Assembly: GCA_977030845.1 (NCBI GenBank)
Contig: OZ365110.1
Location: 29,078,001-29,142,000, forward strand
Reading direction: 5' to 3'
DNA length: 64,000 bases
Origin: Fimbriosthenelais zetlandica
Taxonomy: Eukaryota
The notes under the pieces are model-generated. The model saw only the letters and a list, made by a program, of their open reading frames with translations, ran no database searches and had not been told where the DNA came from. Positions within the stretch are counted from its first letter, which is position 1. Each line of letters opens with the position of its first letter. A program made the position numbers and the translations under genes. Below, piece by piece: positions 36,171-49,800 of this stretch.

Positions 36171-39100
36171 CATAACTCCTGGTGTAAGGTCGTGCAGGGA
36201 TGTGGGAGGTTCTTCTCTGACCCCTACCTCCTCCCACCTTCTACTTTCCTCCCTTATGCCACTCCCCCAGGACCCCTTCTCCCTTTCCCAACCCTTGTGC
36301 CAGCTCCCAAAAGGCAAAGTAAAAAGTAGCAACACATCTTCAGCCATAGAGCAGCATGCTGTTATAATGACATATCCATGTTGTGCATTCCACACATTGA
36401 TCCTCACAGAGTAGGGTTGAATGTGGGGGCATGTAAGGTGGCGCTAGCAGAGCGTCCAGGTAGTCTTGCCACCTGCTGCCGACAGTTGCCACTTTCCGGA
36501 TCGCCGATGGTCGCTTGCGGAGCATGACCTCGAAGCGAGTGAACCATCCCGACCTCTAGTGATTTGCCCAACTTGCCTCTTTGAAGTTGCAGTGCTTTTC
36601 TCTGCATGACAACCGTAGAATAAAGATGTCCGGCTTCTTCTCAATGTTTGCCCTGCCCTGGTCGATACCGGAAGAGACAAGATAAAAGGCTGGCCCGCTC
36701 CAGGCCATCCCAATCATGCAACGCCTGTGTCACTTCATTGAATGCTCAACCTGGCAAACAGCCAACAGCTTGAGATACCATGGTCACCAAGCATCGGAGG
36801 GTGTACAAGAGCAACACAAGCCCCAAACTCAGCAAGCCAAACAACACATACATCATCCTTTGTTCAATGTGCTAAAAAACTGTTCCCTTGAGCTTGAGCT
36901 CAAACATGAGCTGAAAAAGTCATGAACACACCACGGCGAAATATATAAAAGCAAACAAGATTCATATAGATACATCATATCAATTTTCTATTATATACTT
37001 CCACCTTGTTATATAATATATTATATTCTGTATATGGAACCAAAGTTATATGCCTTTAGGCAGGTCCAAACAAGAACCAGCCATGCAAAATTTACTTGCA
37101 TGTATTTTTAAGTAATCACACTGTATTCACAAGCTGGAATAATGAGGCTGTGGGGCAGAAACTGCTAAGGATGTCCCTGAAACAGATTTTCAAGGACATG
37201 ATACCAGAGCAAGCCTGTCTTGGTGTACTCAAACTTTGTTCGTACTCACCAGATCCTTCGATCCCAGTCAACATGAAAAGATGCCGGTCAGTCAATGTAC
37301 ATGTTAGAGCTTTTTTAATCAAATATATACCCAGGTTGTTACTTCATGAGACGGTTGTTATTCCATGAGAAGGTCATGTTTTTAGCACCACCAATCTTCA
37401 AGTTTATCCTTCCATACAAATAACATTCGCTGCATCATCTTTTTTCAGATGCAAGCAAGTTATGACTTTGTATTACTAATACAAGTCATTAAATGTGATT
37501 AAAGAATAACAGGAACACCTTTGAAGTGGTTCTATAAGATGCTCTGGCGATGGATTTAAAAGGGAGTTGATGTTGTGGGATCCATTTGAAAGTAGCGTTG
37601 AATACCCTGTTTCCACGTGGAACTAAAGGAATAGTAAAGCCACTATGGTTCGCCTTAGACCTCCCTGAGGTGCCGATAGGCAGGGCTGTACAGAAACCAT
37701 CTGAGATCTGCCCAAGCCTCTTCTATCCCTCTCAGGCCAGATCAAATCCATGATCAGTAACTTAATCCCCCAGACAACTTCTTTGGAGTATTTTTAATTG
37801 CATCCCAGGCGATTGATCGCTATCCCAGGGGACAAATGGTAGGCAGAGGCTGATCATTGGCGGATGTAAGTGACAAGCATTTGAATTGGAATCACTCGAT
37901 GAGTGTGAGGATTGGAATGTTGGGGGCATGCCTGTGGGAGGTCTATACAATAGCCTCTCAAAGAAACTCAAATGGCCCTTTATGGCTCCTTTCAAAAGTT
38001 GTTTTCCTCAGATCATTACCTGTGGTCAGAAGTTAATTCTAGGAGAAAGTGTATGCCGTAACTTTCACATGCCAATAACTCCTATGATCTGTAATCTACC
38101 TAGATGGCTTTCATATAACCAAGATAATTCAACACGTTCACTAATAGCAGTTTAGCCTTCATTTTTTTGGTTGTTGTCACTGAAGCAATAAATCTATACA
38201 TTTTAGATTTACTAGACTGCATTATGACTTAAAGGCCTTCCTGAAATAACACCCTACTAACCACAGATGTGAAAGGAAAAATAATCATGCCTAGTAAAAT
38301 GCTTCCTAGCACCACTCTTAAGACATCCATATATCATACACAGGCATCTAGTGTACCTATCCATCAAATGCATCAACACATTAGAGGTGATACTTGTATG
38401 AAGTTTCATAAAAAGGCTTTTTAAGCAATCGATCAATCAAGCACGACATGCAAAACAAGCACCCACTCTGAGGTTGACTCCGACAATAGCGTAGGAGCAT
38501 TTGGTGGGCAAACATGGCCCATCTGGGTGGACTACTTGTCAACCCCCTTATCCCAAACACCCCTCTAATCCAAAGCCGGGGCCAGCACCATATCATTATA
38601 GGGGCACCTGCTTGTCCTAATACAGGCACGATGGTGAAATTTAGACGATGGGTGTCGTGCCATAGAGCCTTGTGTCCACACGTCTGGCGATGGTCCCGAA
38701 AATTGGATTTGGGTCAACTTACCCATACCTCATCTCAATTGTTTTTCGATGTGATTAAGCCCTTCGGAAATGGACGCTTAACTATGCCGGGATCTTTTGG
38801 GAAAATATTGTCAACGGAACAATGAGAGCAGCTTTTTGGCTCGGAGGTATTTGGCATGACAGAATAGGAGACGGGGAGGAGAGATCCACGGGGGTAGAAG
38901 TGTATTGTCAAAATTGAGGATGGCCGGAAGCACCGGGATGGTTTGGAGAATTAGGGATGGGAAAGGCTTGGGTCTGAGCCACTCTGAGCCACTCACAGTG
39001 GGCTGGAGTGAGGAGGAGGAGATAGGACTGGTGTCAGATGTCCCTACAACTTATAGGGCCAAGAACAACTAACACTGACATGAGGAGCGTGAATGGCACA

Positions 39101-40696
39101 GACAAACTAGTGTTATGTGGACAACAAACTGAATAAAACATAACATTGTATGTCATTAAGCCTGATGTGGCATATACTGAGTTGTTTCACCACCAGCATT
39201 CTAAAGGCATTTTATAATCTCAACTGAATATGTATTAATTTATCTGCTATGCTATGCTGGATATATGCTGTTGGTGCGTAAAAGAATAACCTGTTATTGG
39301 TACATTTCAGATTTTCGCAAGAATGATTAAAGTGTATATGGGTTATAAAGTTTTTGCAACTGTACCAAATCTCCACTAATTATATTCATAAATCATTAGG
39401 CCCCGTCCCTTGGGTCAAGGCATTGAAGTCCATAAAGAGAATTAGGCAACAATAATCCCGACAGGTGGTACCATATGCACGGCATATATATATAATTCCA
39501 CAAATGTGTCATGAAGTTAGGCACCATCTGCCTTCAATTTTTTTCATCCCCAAGAGAGCAAAAGGATAAAATGATGTTCAAAGTTTTCTTGTGTGCCAGT
39601 ATCAACATCATGTATTAGATTACAATGTGGCCTCCCAAGCCATTTTTTGGTAGCTCGAAAATTGATAACTTATTTCTGTGATTTAGACAAAATAAATGGA
39701 TATGAATATTTATCATTGTTTTCTGTTACTTTTATGATATAGTCTTTCTTGGAGCATGAACCCATGAAGATTAACGACCCTTATGGAGCTACAGAGCCGA
39801 TTTACAATGCAGATCAAACAATAACTTGCTGCTCCTAATGTATCACGGAAATAGATGTATCTGTCACGGCGCAGCTCATTATTTCACGCCCATCAAGCCC
39901 AGGGGATAATTCATTGATGAGGTATTGGTATTAAACATCCTTAATCATGTATAGATCATTGCGGCCATAGAGCAGTCATAAGGGTCAGACGTTGAACACT
40001 GCAATTAATGAAATCAGTTATAGAACATTGCAGTCATAGAACTTTTGATTATGTGTAACTTTTTCCCATCATACTTTTGTAATGTACTGGCCCCGATTTA
40101 ACATACCATTGGCAACAAACTTTTTTTTCTTGGTCGTATGTTATTTCATGTGACCAGTCCATTTCGTCCGCAAGGTGCTTAGACCGCCATCTTCATTGTC
40201 ATAAGACACTGCATTAGGCTTATCGTAGGCATCACTTTCACAATTTTCTATCATCATTTAACATCACCAGCCATTTCAAACCTTACAAGAACTTCTTCAC
40301 TTCACTGTTGATGGTAACTAGTTTGGTAAATAGCTCCTGTTGAAATAATGCCGAACCTGGCTTAATTGACAACTATCCGTAAATCTTCTGCTTGGAGTAG
40401 TCACTCAGGAATGTTGATGACAGGGCCTCGCATGACCGATAAACTGCCCTGCATGCCTCGAGCCAATTAAATGTGTCAGACGTCAGGGGGAGCAGCTCCT
40501 TTCATCTGTCACCATTTATAGAGCTGCCATGATTGGTCTCTACCTTTAATTACACTTCTATATCTACTTAAAGCTACCTCCCCTCTCACACGCCAAGCCT
40601 AACCATTGATAATATACACTGCCTTGCGTGAAGACAATATCCACCGCCAGGAGGCAGTGGCGAGCCGCTCCGGGATGACCTTGACCTGCTGCTTTC

Positions 40697-40930
40697 CCAA
40701 TGCCTGCAGCCAATCAGCAAGCAGCATGTACCGCTGGCCCAGACCTGATGATTGGTGGTTTTCTATAAAACTTTAATCGTGGTCTCGGCCGGGCAATGTC
40801 ACTGTTCCAATCAGTTTAATCAATCAATAGTGAATGTATGGGGCGGGGATCGGTGACGAAGCATAGCAGTCGGCATGCATTGTTAATACCATTGCAGCTA
40901 TAAGAATCAACACGCAAACTGCACTATAAA
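40697..40930 (+). promoter_or_regulatory. Promoter-like cluster: four CCAAT boxes, GC box, two TATA-like elements
   Basis: CCAAT at 40697, 40710 and 40807; ATTGG at 40751; TATAAAA 40764-40770; GGGGCGGGG 40840-40848; TATAAA 40925-40930. Confidence 0.35.
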
Positions 40931-43079
40931 GGCGATTAGCATTCCAGACTTGACTGACTTGCAGGCTCTCATGCGTGCCTCATAACTAGCTCCAGTGATC
41001 ATTAATGGTTGTTTTTGGCATTCAGGCATGTAGCTGTGTTTTTGCTAATTAGACAAGTTGTAATTACTTGTATAAGGAAGGCTAAGCCAGTGATTACACT
41101 TGGTGCTCTTCTCACTCTTACCCTGTTGTGCCGGTCAGTTCGAAAGGCTGGAGAGGTGGGAAGCCGGCTTGTGAGAGGTGGCAAGAGGACATTGTGTTTC
41201 ATCTTTCCAATTTGCACTACAAAGGGGGTATTAATAAATTCACAGCTCACTTGTCATGCCAGGGGCCTAAGCCTATGAGTATACATCAGTTATTGGTTTT
41301 AGTTGTGGGCGAGGATGGCATGGCATGGAAGGCAGGTAGCAGGGTTGGGCACATAGTGCATTATAAAAATTGGAGCGAAACAAAATGACCGATGTTTTCA
41401 ACTGCAGAAGCAAATATTTCGATTACAAATAGAACTTCATTGGATCTATTTAATGTTATGCTGCTTTTTTTAATCTGTTTTCCTGGCTTCAGTTTTGTTT
41501 AACCAAAAAACTAGGACGTCTAATGTGCAAAGAAAAACTGGAAGGTAATAAGCGTAGGAATTAATACCAAATTAAAGAACACTATCAATCCAACCTGTAG
41601 ACGTTAATAAGGGGAAATATGGAGAAAATACTTGCATTAACAGATTTGCGATGATTTGTATAGACACAATAATCCTGGAATCTGAATTTTCCTCTTTTAA
41701 GTCAGTACATATATCATATTAAATCGAGATTCCATGACTATTGTGTCTATACAGTCATGTACTAGAGAAAAAAGGGAGAATATCACAGGGATGCGTGAGG
41801 CATTGTGGACTCGTGCCAGATTGTAAACTTTAAAGTCTAGCCCAGCCTTAACACCCTCTTTAGATCTACCACACCCGGGCAGACCAAATGTCACATGACT
41901 TGCACCCGGCCTCTGTTATAACGTGCCCGCTGAGGCCACACAAGGCTTTAGTGTCAGTCTTCAAAGGAATGTTCCAGAAGCTATAGTTAGAAATGCATCT
42001 TTTTTAGTCCGTTCAAAGCTGCCTCCTGTGAATAAACAGTACAAGGGTGTCACACAAGACCACGGGCCAATTGCAAAAGATCCTGCGATCGCCCTGGGAC
42101 CTCCCCATGGTTCTACAAGCCCACAATGAAACAATGTGGAGACAAGGTGGAGAATAGAAAATCCCTTGACGCTAACAAAGTACTTGACACAAGATACTTG
42201 CAATAAACTAATTGTAGGTTATTTTAGTCATGGAAATGTTAACAATCACTGCAGTTTCAAGTTTCATCGCCAGTTTCAACAGGGACGTGATCACCATGCT
42301 GAAAAACACAGGTATCCATTTTCTGGGTGAAAATTTAAATACTTTCAAACAAATCAACGAAACATTAAGTACTATTCTCATTGATATGCCCAATATTGTC
42401 AGGGGCAGGTATAAATTCAGAAACCCTAATATGTACATGTAAATTATTCTGATGGATAAACAGCGATACAGAGAAATTAGGAGCCATAAAATAGGCCAGA
42501 ACAATCGTAGCATACTACTGCTCCAACAGATAGCCCATAACTTAAGCGACTCGCTTTTTCAGCAATAAATTTTCAAAATGGGTGAAACTTGAGAGGAGCA
42601 AGTGCAGTGTTCTTGTAAGAAATAAGGTAATAAATCTTTTTTCTACATATACGGAGCAGGGCTATGTTTTGTACTCTTCTCTTACATGGAAAGGGAGGAG
42701 ACTTTGGTATGGATTTCCACAATAAAATGAATGAGAAAATTGTTGGTTTTTTTCCAGAACTTGCCTTACTCTCAACAAGACAGATTAGGCTCAGCTCCTA
42801 CATGTCTTTATCCTCATGAATATGCATAATGGCTCAGAGATTAACTATCTCTAGAGAAGAATATGCCTAATTGATTTCATAGCAATAACATAGCATCTGG
42901 ATTAGAGGGGGTGGAGAGGAGGATAAGGGAGGCTAGAAGTGGTGGGTTGTTCCTGGGTAGAAGAATGCATTAGGTAAGAGGTAGAGTTTGCTATTCACTC
43001 ATCGGATGGTAAGGAGACAAGGCCTGCTCTACTAGTGTCCTCCTCTATGTCAAAGACAAAAGGTAATAGTATTAGAAGC

Positions 43080-43300
43080 AATCATGGAAGTGGCTGAGCG
43101 GAGGTAATCTGTTTAGCACCCCAGCCCAACTCGCAATGGGTGCTCCGATTCCATCGGCAGAAACTAGCCAGAGATGGCAGTAGCCTCCTGCTAAGACTCT
43201 ATAGCATTTCACTGAGGGAAGCTGGAGGAGGCACCTAGCGATGACGTAATTTCAGCGACAGCGGACTCGCATGATGAAGCCACAGAGTTAAACCATCAAA
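43080..43300 (-). mobile_element. Possible decayed L2-like LINE 3' end
   Basis: Minus-strand fragments LTLWLH, PASLSEML and GAPIASW..LNRLPP occur in the order of the L2 LHWLP / PSYLSELL / APxLWNxLP segments. Confidence 0.2.
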
Positions 43301-46300
43301 GGTAAACCTGTCAAGGCAAAAAAAGATGCCAAATAAGAGGATGAGCCGTTTAGTCCATTACCCGAGGCACCATGTGGGGATGGGGATCCAGAAAATCCTG
43401 TCGCCTCAGTACAGCCCCACAGGAGGTAATGGATTCCCGAAGCCTGATTCCGACTAGTGTTGGCAGGCGGTGCTGTGATTAACGTGACGTATCTGTCAGG
43501 GCTATCAAATCAGTAGCGCTTCGTTATAGAACCAGCGTTTCTCAAACTGTCAAGGCGAACTCTCGGCTGACAGCCACTGTGCGTAACAAGCAGGTCTGGC
43601 CAAGCACTATAATCAAGCCAAGCGTTTGATGTCTGATGTAAAGCCTTCTCCTCCTGATCCCACATTACTCCTGCCTTAATCAAACCACTATCAGTCTCTC
43701 CTCATCTTCACCCTGCCCCGACCACTCGTTAAGCAAATAAATACCTCATCAGGGCCGGAGCACCCTCCTCCAGCTTTTGGCGATATTAAATACTCCCTTC
43801 ATACACATGGTTTTCATTGCCGATGTGAGCAATTGAGCAGAACATGCGAGTACCTCGATCCGCTTTCGTGTGATCATGTATCCTTGCGTAAGTTATGACG
43901 AAGCATTGCAACTGCATAACCGCCATATGGATACTGCCATTAACAGCTCCTGATTTACGTGCTCACAGCACGAGCAGCTCACAATAATAGACCACATGCC
44001 TCCACTGACTATTAATAATCACAGCCGGGGGGAAAATTTTGATATCTGCTCGCATGTCTTACCCCTGGACTGATACACTCTAAAAGCCAGCCATCCCTAA
44101 ACTCCCCCGGCCGAGAGCCTTTGGTTTAAATTTCAGGACAGAAGCAAGCTTTTTTCATCCAAGCTCTATAGGGGAGGTTCTATAGATGTAAAACATATTC
44201 TGGTCTGAGTAAGTAAAGGATTTGCTGAGCAAATGTCCTGGATCAGTGCAATGCACCCCTATTCAGAATTGATCTAGACCGAGATATGATCTAGGCTCTA
44301 GATCACAGACTGTTAGATGCGATTGGAAGCATATCTTAGTGAGCTTTTGAACATTACTGGGCGGAAGGAAAACCCCTGCCTACAGTCACAGTAGTAGAAA
44401 CAGATATCTAAACACAGTCCTTTGGTAAAGCGATCCTACCATCGTATTGACAGTGTGTGGGAATAGTGCAGGAATCAATAAGGAGATTGGAGTATAATTG
44501 GAATGGATGGGATTTTAGGTAGAGAGGAAGTACATGTTTTATGGATGATCACTAAGATGCAGGTAGGAGAGATTCACTGTTGTCACCCCCCACACAAGCA
44601 GACAGTGAAATGGATGGAAGTTAAAGTCACCCAGGACCGCGCAGGGTTTTACATGCTGATTCCTTATACCATGAGCACATGGGACCACCAGGACAGAATG
44701 AGTTTCCTGGAAGACCCATCAACCTAAATTCAAGCTTCTCTGCACTTTGCTTTTCTGTCCTCTGGTTCACTCAGACCATAGTGCTTCTCAAGAATCAAAT
44801 CAATACAGACAACAGAATCATTTTTGTATATCTAAGGGTTTTTTTAGGTATAGACAGGATTAATAAAACGTCCGATCAGAATATGTGGTCATGGAGTACA
44901 TGTTGGAACTTATTTGTATGAGATAACCAAGGAATAATAATATTCTGAGCTAAACATTTCTTTCTTGGTCCTGCGACGGCAGCCAATAGTGCTGAGTTCA
45001 TTAGTTGGTGGGAAGACAGGGCGGAGGAGGCAGTATTAGCCATCTCATGTTGTGCCCCCAGGTCCCTCCCTAGGGGAAGACATCAAGAGACAAAAAGCCA
45101 GAGCCAGCAATTGGCTGAAAATCCAGTTTGTGATCAGGAGACTTAAAGCTTAAGTGCTCTGCCATCTTGCACTGACATTATTCACAATAAAAATATGATT
45201 TTCTTAATTTTTGTGAATGGTTGAACATTTCTACGAATAGACATGTAAAGTTGTTTTGTAAATTGTCTTTACCAAATCAGAACTTTCAGAAAATCTTTTC
45301 TTTTTGCTACATTTCTGCCAGAGGGTTTTATCAACAAATTGGCGAGAGCATCTATGGTTGTTCCATACATGCCGAAGCCCAATCATCGTGGGACCCATTT
45401 TTTACACGATGAGCTCAGAGCTGGCTAGGACAAGATCGAGTATAGGGTTCATAAGGGCGCTTCCCTCTTGTTAAAATTAAGATATAGTCTGGCGCCCTGG
45501 CAGGTGTTCCATTATGAGCTTCAGTGATAGAGTTCATAGAACGCCTTAGACTGGTGAACCAGTGTTAATTCAAAATAAGCGGCCTCATTCATCCACAAAG
45601 AACGTGATTTATTCTTGTCATTGCATGGCTATAGCTTTGGAGTGTTCCTAATATGGACACTCAATTCAAGAAGCTTTCGTTCACTTTTGTCGACTAATGC
45701 TATTGTATCCCACATTAACCAATGTCTACAACATGAAAATAACCTACACTCAAAGGAGACAGATAAAAGGACTAGCACAGTTTTTACCTTTCGTACATTT
45801 TAGTGTTATTTTCCTTGTAAACTGAAAACCCTCATTGTTCATAATGATGCCTTTCTGGATTTCATAAAAATGCATCAAAAGGTACCAAAGTTCCTTTCTG
45901 AGACCAAATCAACAGAATGTTTTATATCATCATTGTATAAGCACGTTATCTTATTTTAGAGTGAATGTGCCGCACGAATCCATTACATGGTAATGGATAT
46001 ACATATTATCTGTAAGCTGACATTTTTACAGCAGCCGCAGATGCATGGAAAGAGATAGACATGGTGTGACTTTTAACTGATTCTGAATCTGGCATCAATA
46101 CATCCATCCCTCGCTGAGTGACAGAGATAATATTATCTTCAGGACACTCCCAAAATCTGCTACCAGATAGTGGAAGCTTGCTGACAAGATTCGGCAGTGG
46201 TATCCAAGAGCAATATGACTCATCGACAATTGAACATCCTTATCAGTCAAACTTAGTTAAATTAGTCATAAATGAGCAAAACCTAAATATATCAAAGACT

Positions 46301-46578
46301 GTAGAATATCTCCATTACAGAAGTGTGATGGAGAGGTAAGTGGGGTGAGTGTTCATGTGCATATAATACATAAGAGGGTGTAATGTGTGTGATAGTGAAT
46401 GCAGGATTCCCTCATCACAACCTCATTGTTACTCAATCATCATACATCACTGCTGTAGCGTTGGCCTTAGTCAGTTGAACCCGCATCTCATCTTTTTTTT
46501 CCCTCAGTGTCCCTCCCCCGCTGTCCCTCAAAGACCATGGCAAGGTCCGTGCTTGATCTAGTAAGCACCAATGGAAAG

Positions 46579-46800
46579 CAGGGGAGAGGTGTGTATAGCA
46601 GGAAAGGGGTGCTCAGGGAAGGGGTGCGTATAGCAGGGAAGGGGTGCGTATAGCAGGAAACGGGTGCTCAGGGAAGGGGTGCGTATAGCAGGGAAGGGGT
46701 GCGTATAGCAGGAAAGGGGTGCTGCGTATTATAGCAGGAAAGGGGTGCTGCGTATTATAGCAGGAAAGAGGTGCGCATAACAGGAAATGGTTCCGTATAG
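46579..46800 (+). repeat. G-rich minisatellite, core CAGG(G/A)AAGGGGTGCGTATAG, 11 units of 15, 20 or 26 bp
   Basis: Directly visible tandem units starting at 46579, 46599, 46614, 46634, 46654, 46669, 46689, 46709, 46735, 46761 and 46781. Confidence 0.92.
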
Positions 46801-49800
46801 TGCTCAAAGAAGAAGTCCATATAGCAGAGGCAAATGAAAGCAACTGTTGCTTGTGCAACAGCTGAATACAAGGTCTGAATGTTCATTTAATTTTACCATA
46901 AAGACCTGTAGCTTTTTGGTTCATGCGTACTAGAACGAGTCAATACAGAACACTGGCATCTCTTGGTTTCCTTGATTATAGTAATAGCAATCCAAGTGGG
47001 AGGTCATTATGACAGGCGGTATGAGGCAGCATGAATATTAGATCACGAGTTGTAGCCAACAGAGAAATGAAAATTCCCTTTGCTGGGAGGAAACATCGCG
47101 TATACCGGAGTAACGAAGAGTTAATGCGAATAAAAATACGATATATTGACGTTAATCATTTTTGACATTTAGGATTTAAGGTGTATTATTTTATGAAATC
47201 AAAATTTGGGATTTTGTATGTAAATAGCATAATGTTTTCGAAAATTCATGTAATGGCAATGTTTGAATGTTAATAGCAAAATGGCAATACCTAAATTACA
47301 TTTTTTAGGACAAGTGGAACATAATTGAGTACATAATTACCTGTTCCAATATCATAATTACAATAAGGTCTTGCTAGTGCTAGAATTAACCCTAAAATAT
47401 GTTATTTCGCCTGAATCTGACCGACCACATGATCTGTAATATAGACAATCGAATATTACCGACAACTCAGCATTTCTCCCACAGGTACCATTAAGTATGC
47501 AGCAGTGAAGGTTGTAAATGCTGGGTTACATCTAGTCTCTGGTTAACAATATGACAGAAGAATTCCCATGGAGGCCAGCAGTCACAGTTATAAAGCAGAT
47601 GTCATGAATATTGATACGCCACAACTCTACCACTTTGTCACAAGTCATTATTCAACGCGGCAGGCTTTTCATCACCGAAATGTGGGTGTTACGACAGCGT
47701 TATGTTAACGGCTGGTATTGAATCCAGAGAGAATGATCAGATGTCAGTCATACTAGGTGTCAATTGTTTGACCATCCAAACCATCGTATAAACTACAGAC
47801 AACACATTCTAAAGGCATGATGCTTTAGCATGTATCACAATGGAGAAATGGCTATATATTATAGGCTACGGTTTATGTTTGCTGTCAATGGCATGATACT
47901 GGTTGCCAGGATCAATCCTTGTATGCTTTAATATGCTTGTTTGTAAATATTTCTTTTCACCATCACAAATCATATTCCCAGCAACATCAATGTTTTTTTG
48001 CAGATATGTCCTTTTACGGTCTGAAATGAGAAGACAATGAGATTGTGTTCTTTACTTTGAGCCTCAACATTGTTTTAGTGAGTAACTGGTACGTATGTCC
48101 AGAGTTACTTTACTCCTCTCTTACAGAGTAAGGATGGTGCCATTAAGGAGCTTTGGTACAGCATCACTTTACAGCTTGTTCATAGAATCAAAGTGGGGCG
48201 GGGAACCTTCCCAACTGTACACATACATATCCGCCATATTACCACTATGTCCTTGTATACAGAGATGATGCGCCAGTGTAAATCCACTAATGGGCAAGTT
48301 TCCCCACATCAGCCACAGCCTCATGCACGTTTTCCGCCACAAAAACCTTCCTGCCATTGACGCCGAGCGTGATCAGACGACAATTTGGAGTCAGATTTGT
48401 CCAAACCATTACCAGCCATTAAAAGGCCGGCCATGACATATTTTTTCTATTCCTTCAAGCGAGCAAGGAGAGTGTGTGTATGAGGGAAGGACGTGGGGAT
48501 TGAATTTGGTTAATATTTGCAGGTGTTCGCGTGCCATTACAATAGCATTTTACTGCCACACGACTTGAAGTCTTATCAATAACAAGGCAGTGGGTTGTTG
48601 AGTGTAGGGATATTGGTGATCGCACTGCTGAACAACAGGAAGTGGGGGCATAATGGAGCTACAAGAATGCTGACGAGCTGGCACCTGTTGGCTTGTTCAG
48701 CCACCTACCACCAGGGCATCTCTGACTGAGTGCATGCGCTAATAGCGGTGTGAAATAGTGTTTTTGTTGGATGCTGTCATGACCAGCAAAATAAGAGTGC
48801 CATCATATGTCACCATTAAAAGCAATTCTTCTTCGGGTATTCTGTCTTGAGAGATGTTTTAACAGAATCTAGTGTTCGGAACAAAGGGAAATAACAAGTC
48901 ATCACAATGCTTCTTCAATTCCCAGGAGCTTTACAATATTTTTTTTCCTCCAAACTGAAATAACTATATATATAGTGTTCGGGCGATCGATTATCACCAA
49001 CTTCTTTTATACATATGACAAAATAGGGAGTTTTTTTTGTGTTTTGTGTCAAAACCCTTGAGAGCTTCCTCTCCATCCCAATTGCTTTAGTGCGATAACT
49101 TAGTTATTACTAAAACTCCTTCACGATGTACTTCCCCCATACAGATATCGCCGAGTCATTCACCCTGCTTGTCATAGAGATCAGCTATCTGATAGGGATA
49201 AGATCAGACAGTGTCATGTACAGTGGCCTTTTCCACTTCTTCCAGCCCTCCGATCATTGACAGAGCAAATGCTGGTCCGGATTTCCTGCCATGTCACATT
49301 CACTGGCTTACAAAGGTTATCAGCTACTCTACAACAAGTCAGATTCATCTCACTTGCAAGGGCAATGTACCTTTAAGATCTGTGTTAAATTCTTCTGTCG
49401 TCTTCAGATCTCAACTTATATTCCCCTTCCGTATTGTTTCATGTAATCTGAATTTCTACAGTACTCTTATGTCAAGGATGTATTTATGTACTTGTCCTGT
49501 TCTTACAATGTCTCAGTCACTACCTCCAACATTAATTCTGGAGCTTTCACCACCTCTGACATCTTTCGTTTCTCCTAGTTGACCCATCAGAAGTCATTTT
49601 CATTAGAAACATGGACATATAACAATGTACGCTATTCGGAATCTGGTCATATAGGACAACACATTCTGCAGTCCATTTCGGTGTTGTCCTGAATCGTATT
49701 GTCTGGTATCCTTTAGAGACGTCTATTAGGGTTAGGTTGTGAGGACGGTCCGTATGAGACACTAGCCACATGCCCCTACAACATGCACTCGCTGCTGGGT

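Noticed and set aside
41009-41278. Hydrophobic ORF just downstream of the TATA cluster
   Set aside because: Starts at TTG; the nearby ATGs hit stops quickly; no convincing donor in frame.
39196-47818. Shared 14-mer CATTCTAAAGGCAT at 39196 and 47805, and frequent TGACAG sites window-wide
   Set aside because: Several 14-bp matches and about 20 hexamer hits per strand are expected by chance in 64 kb.
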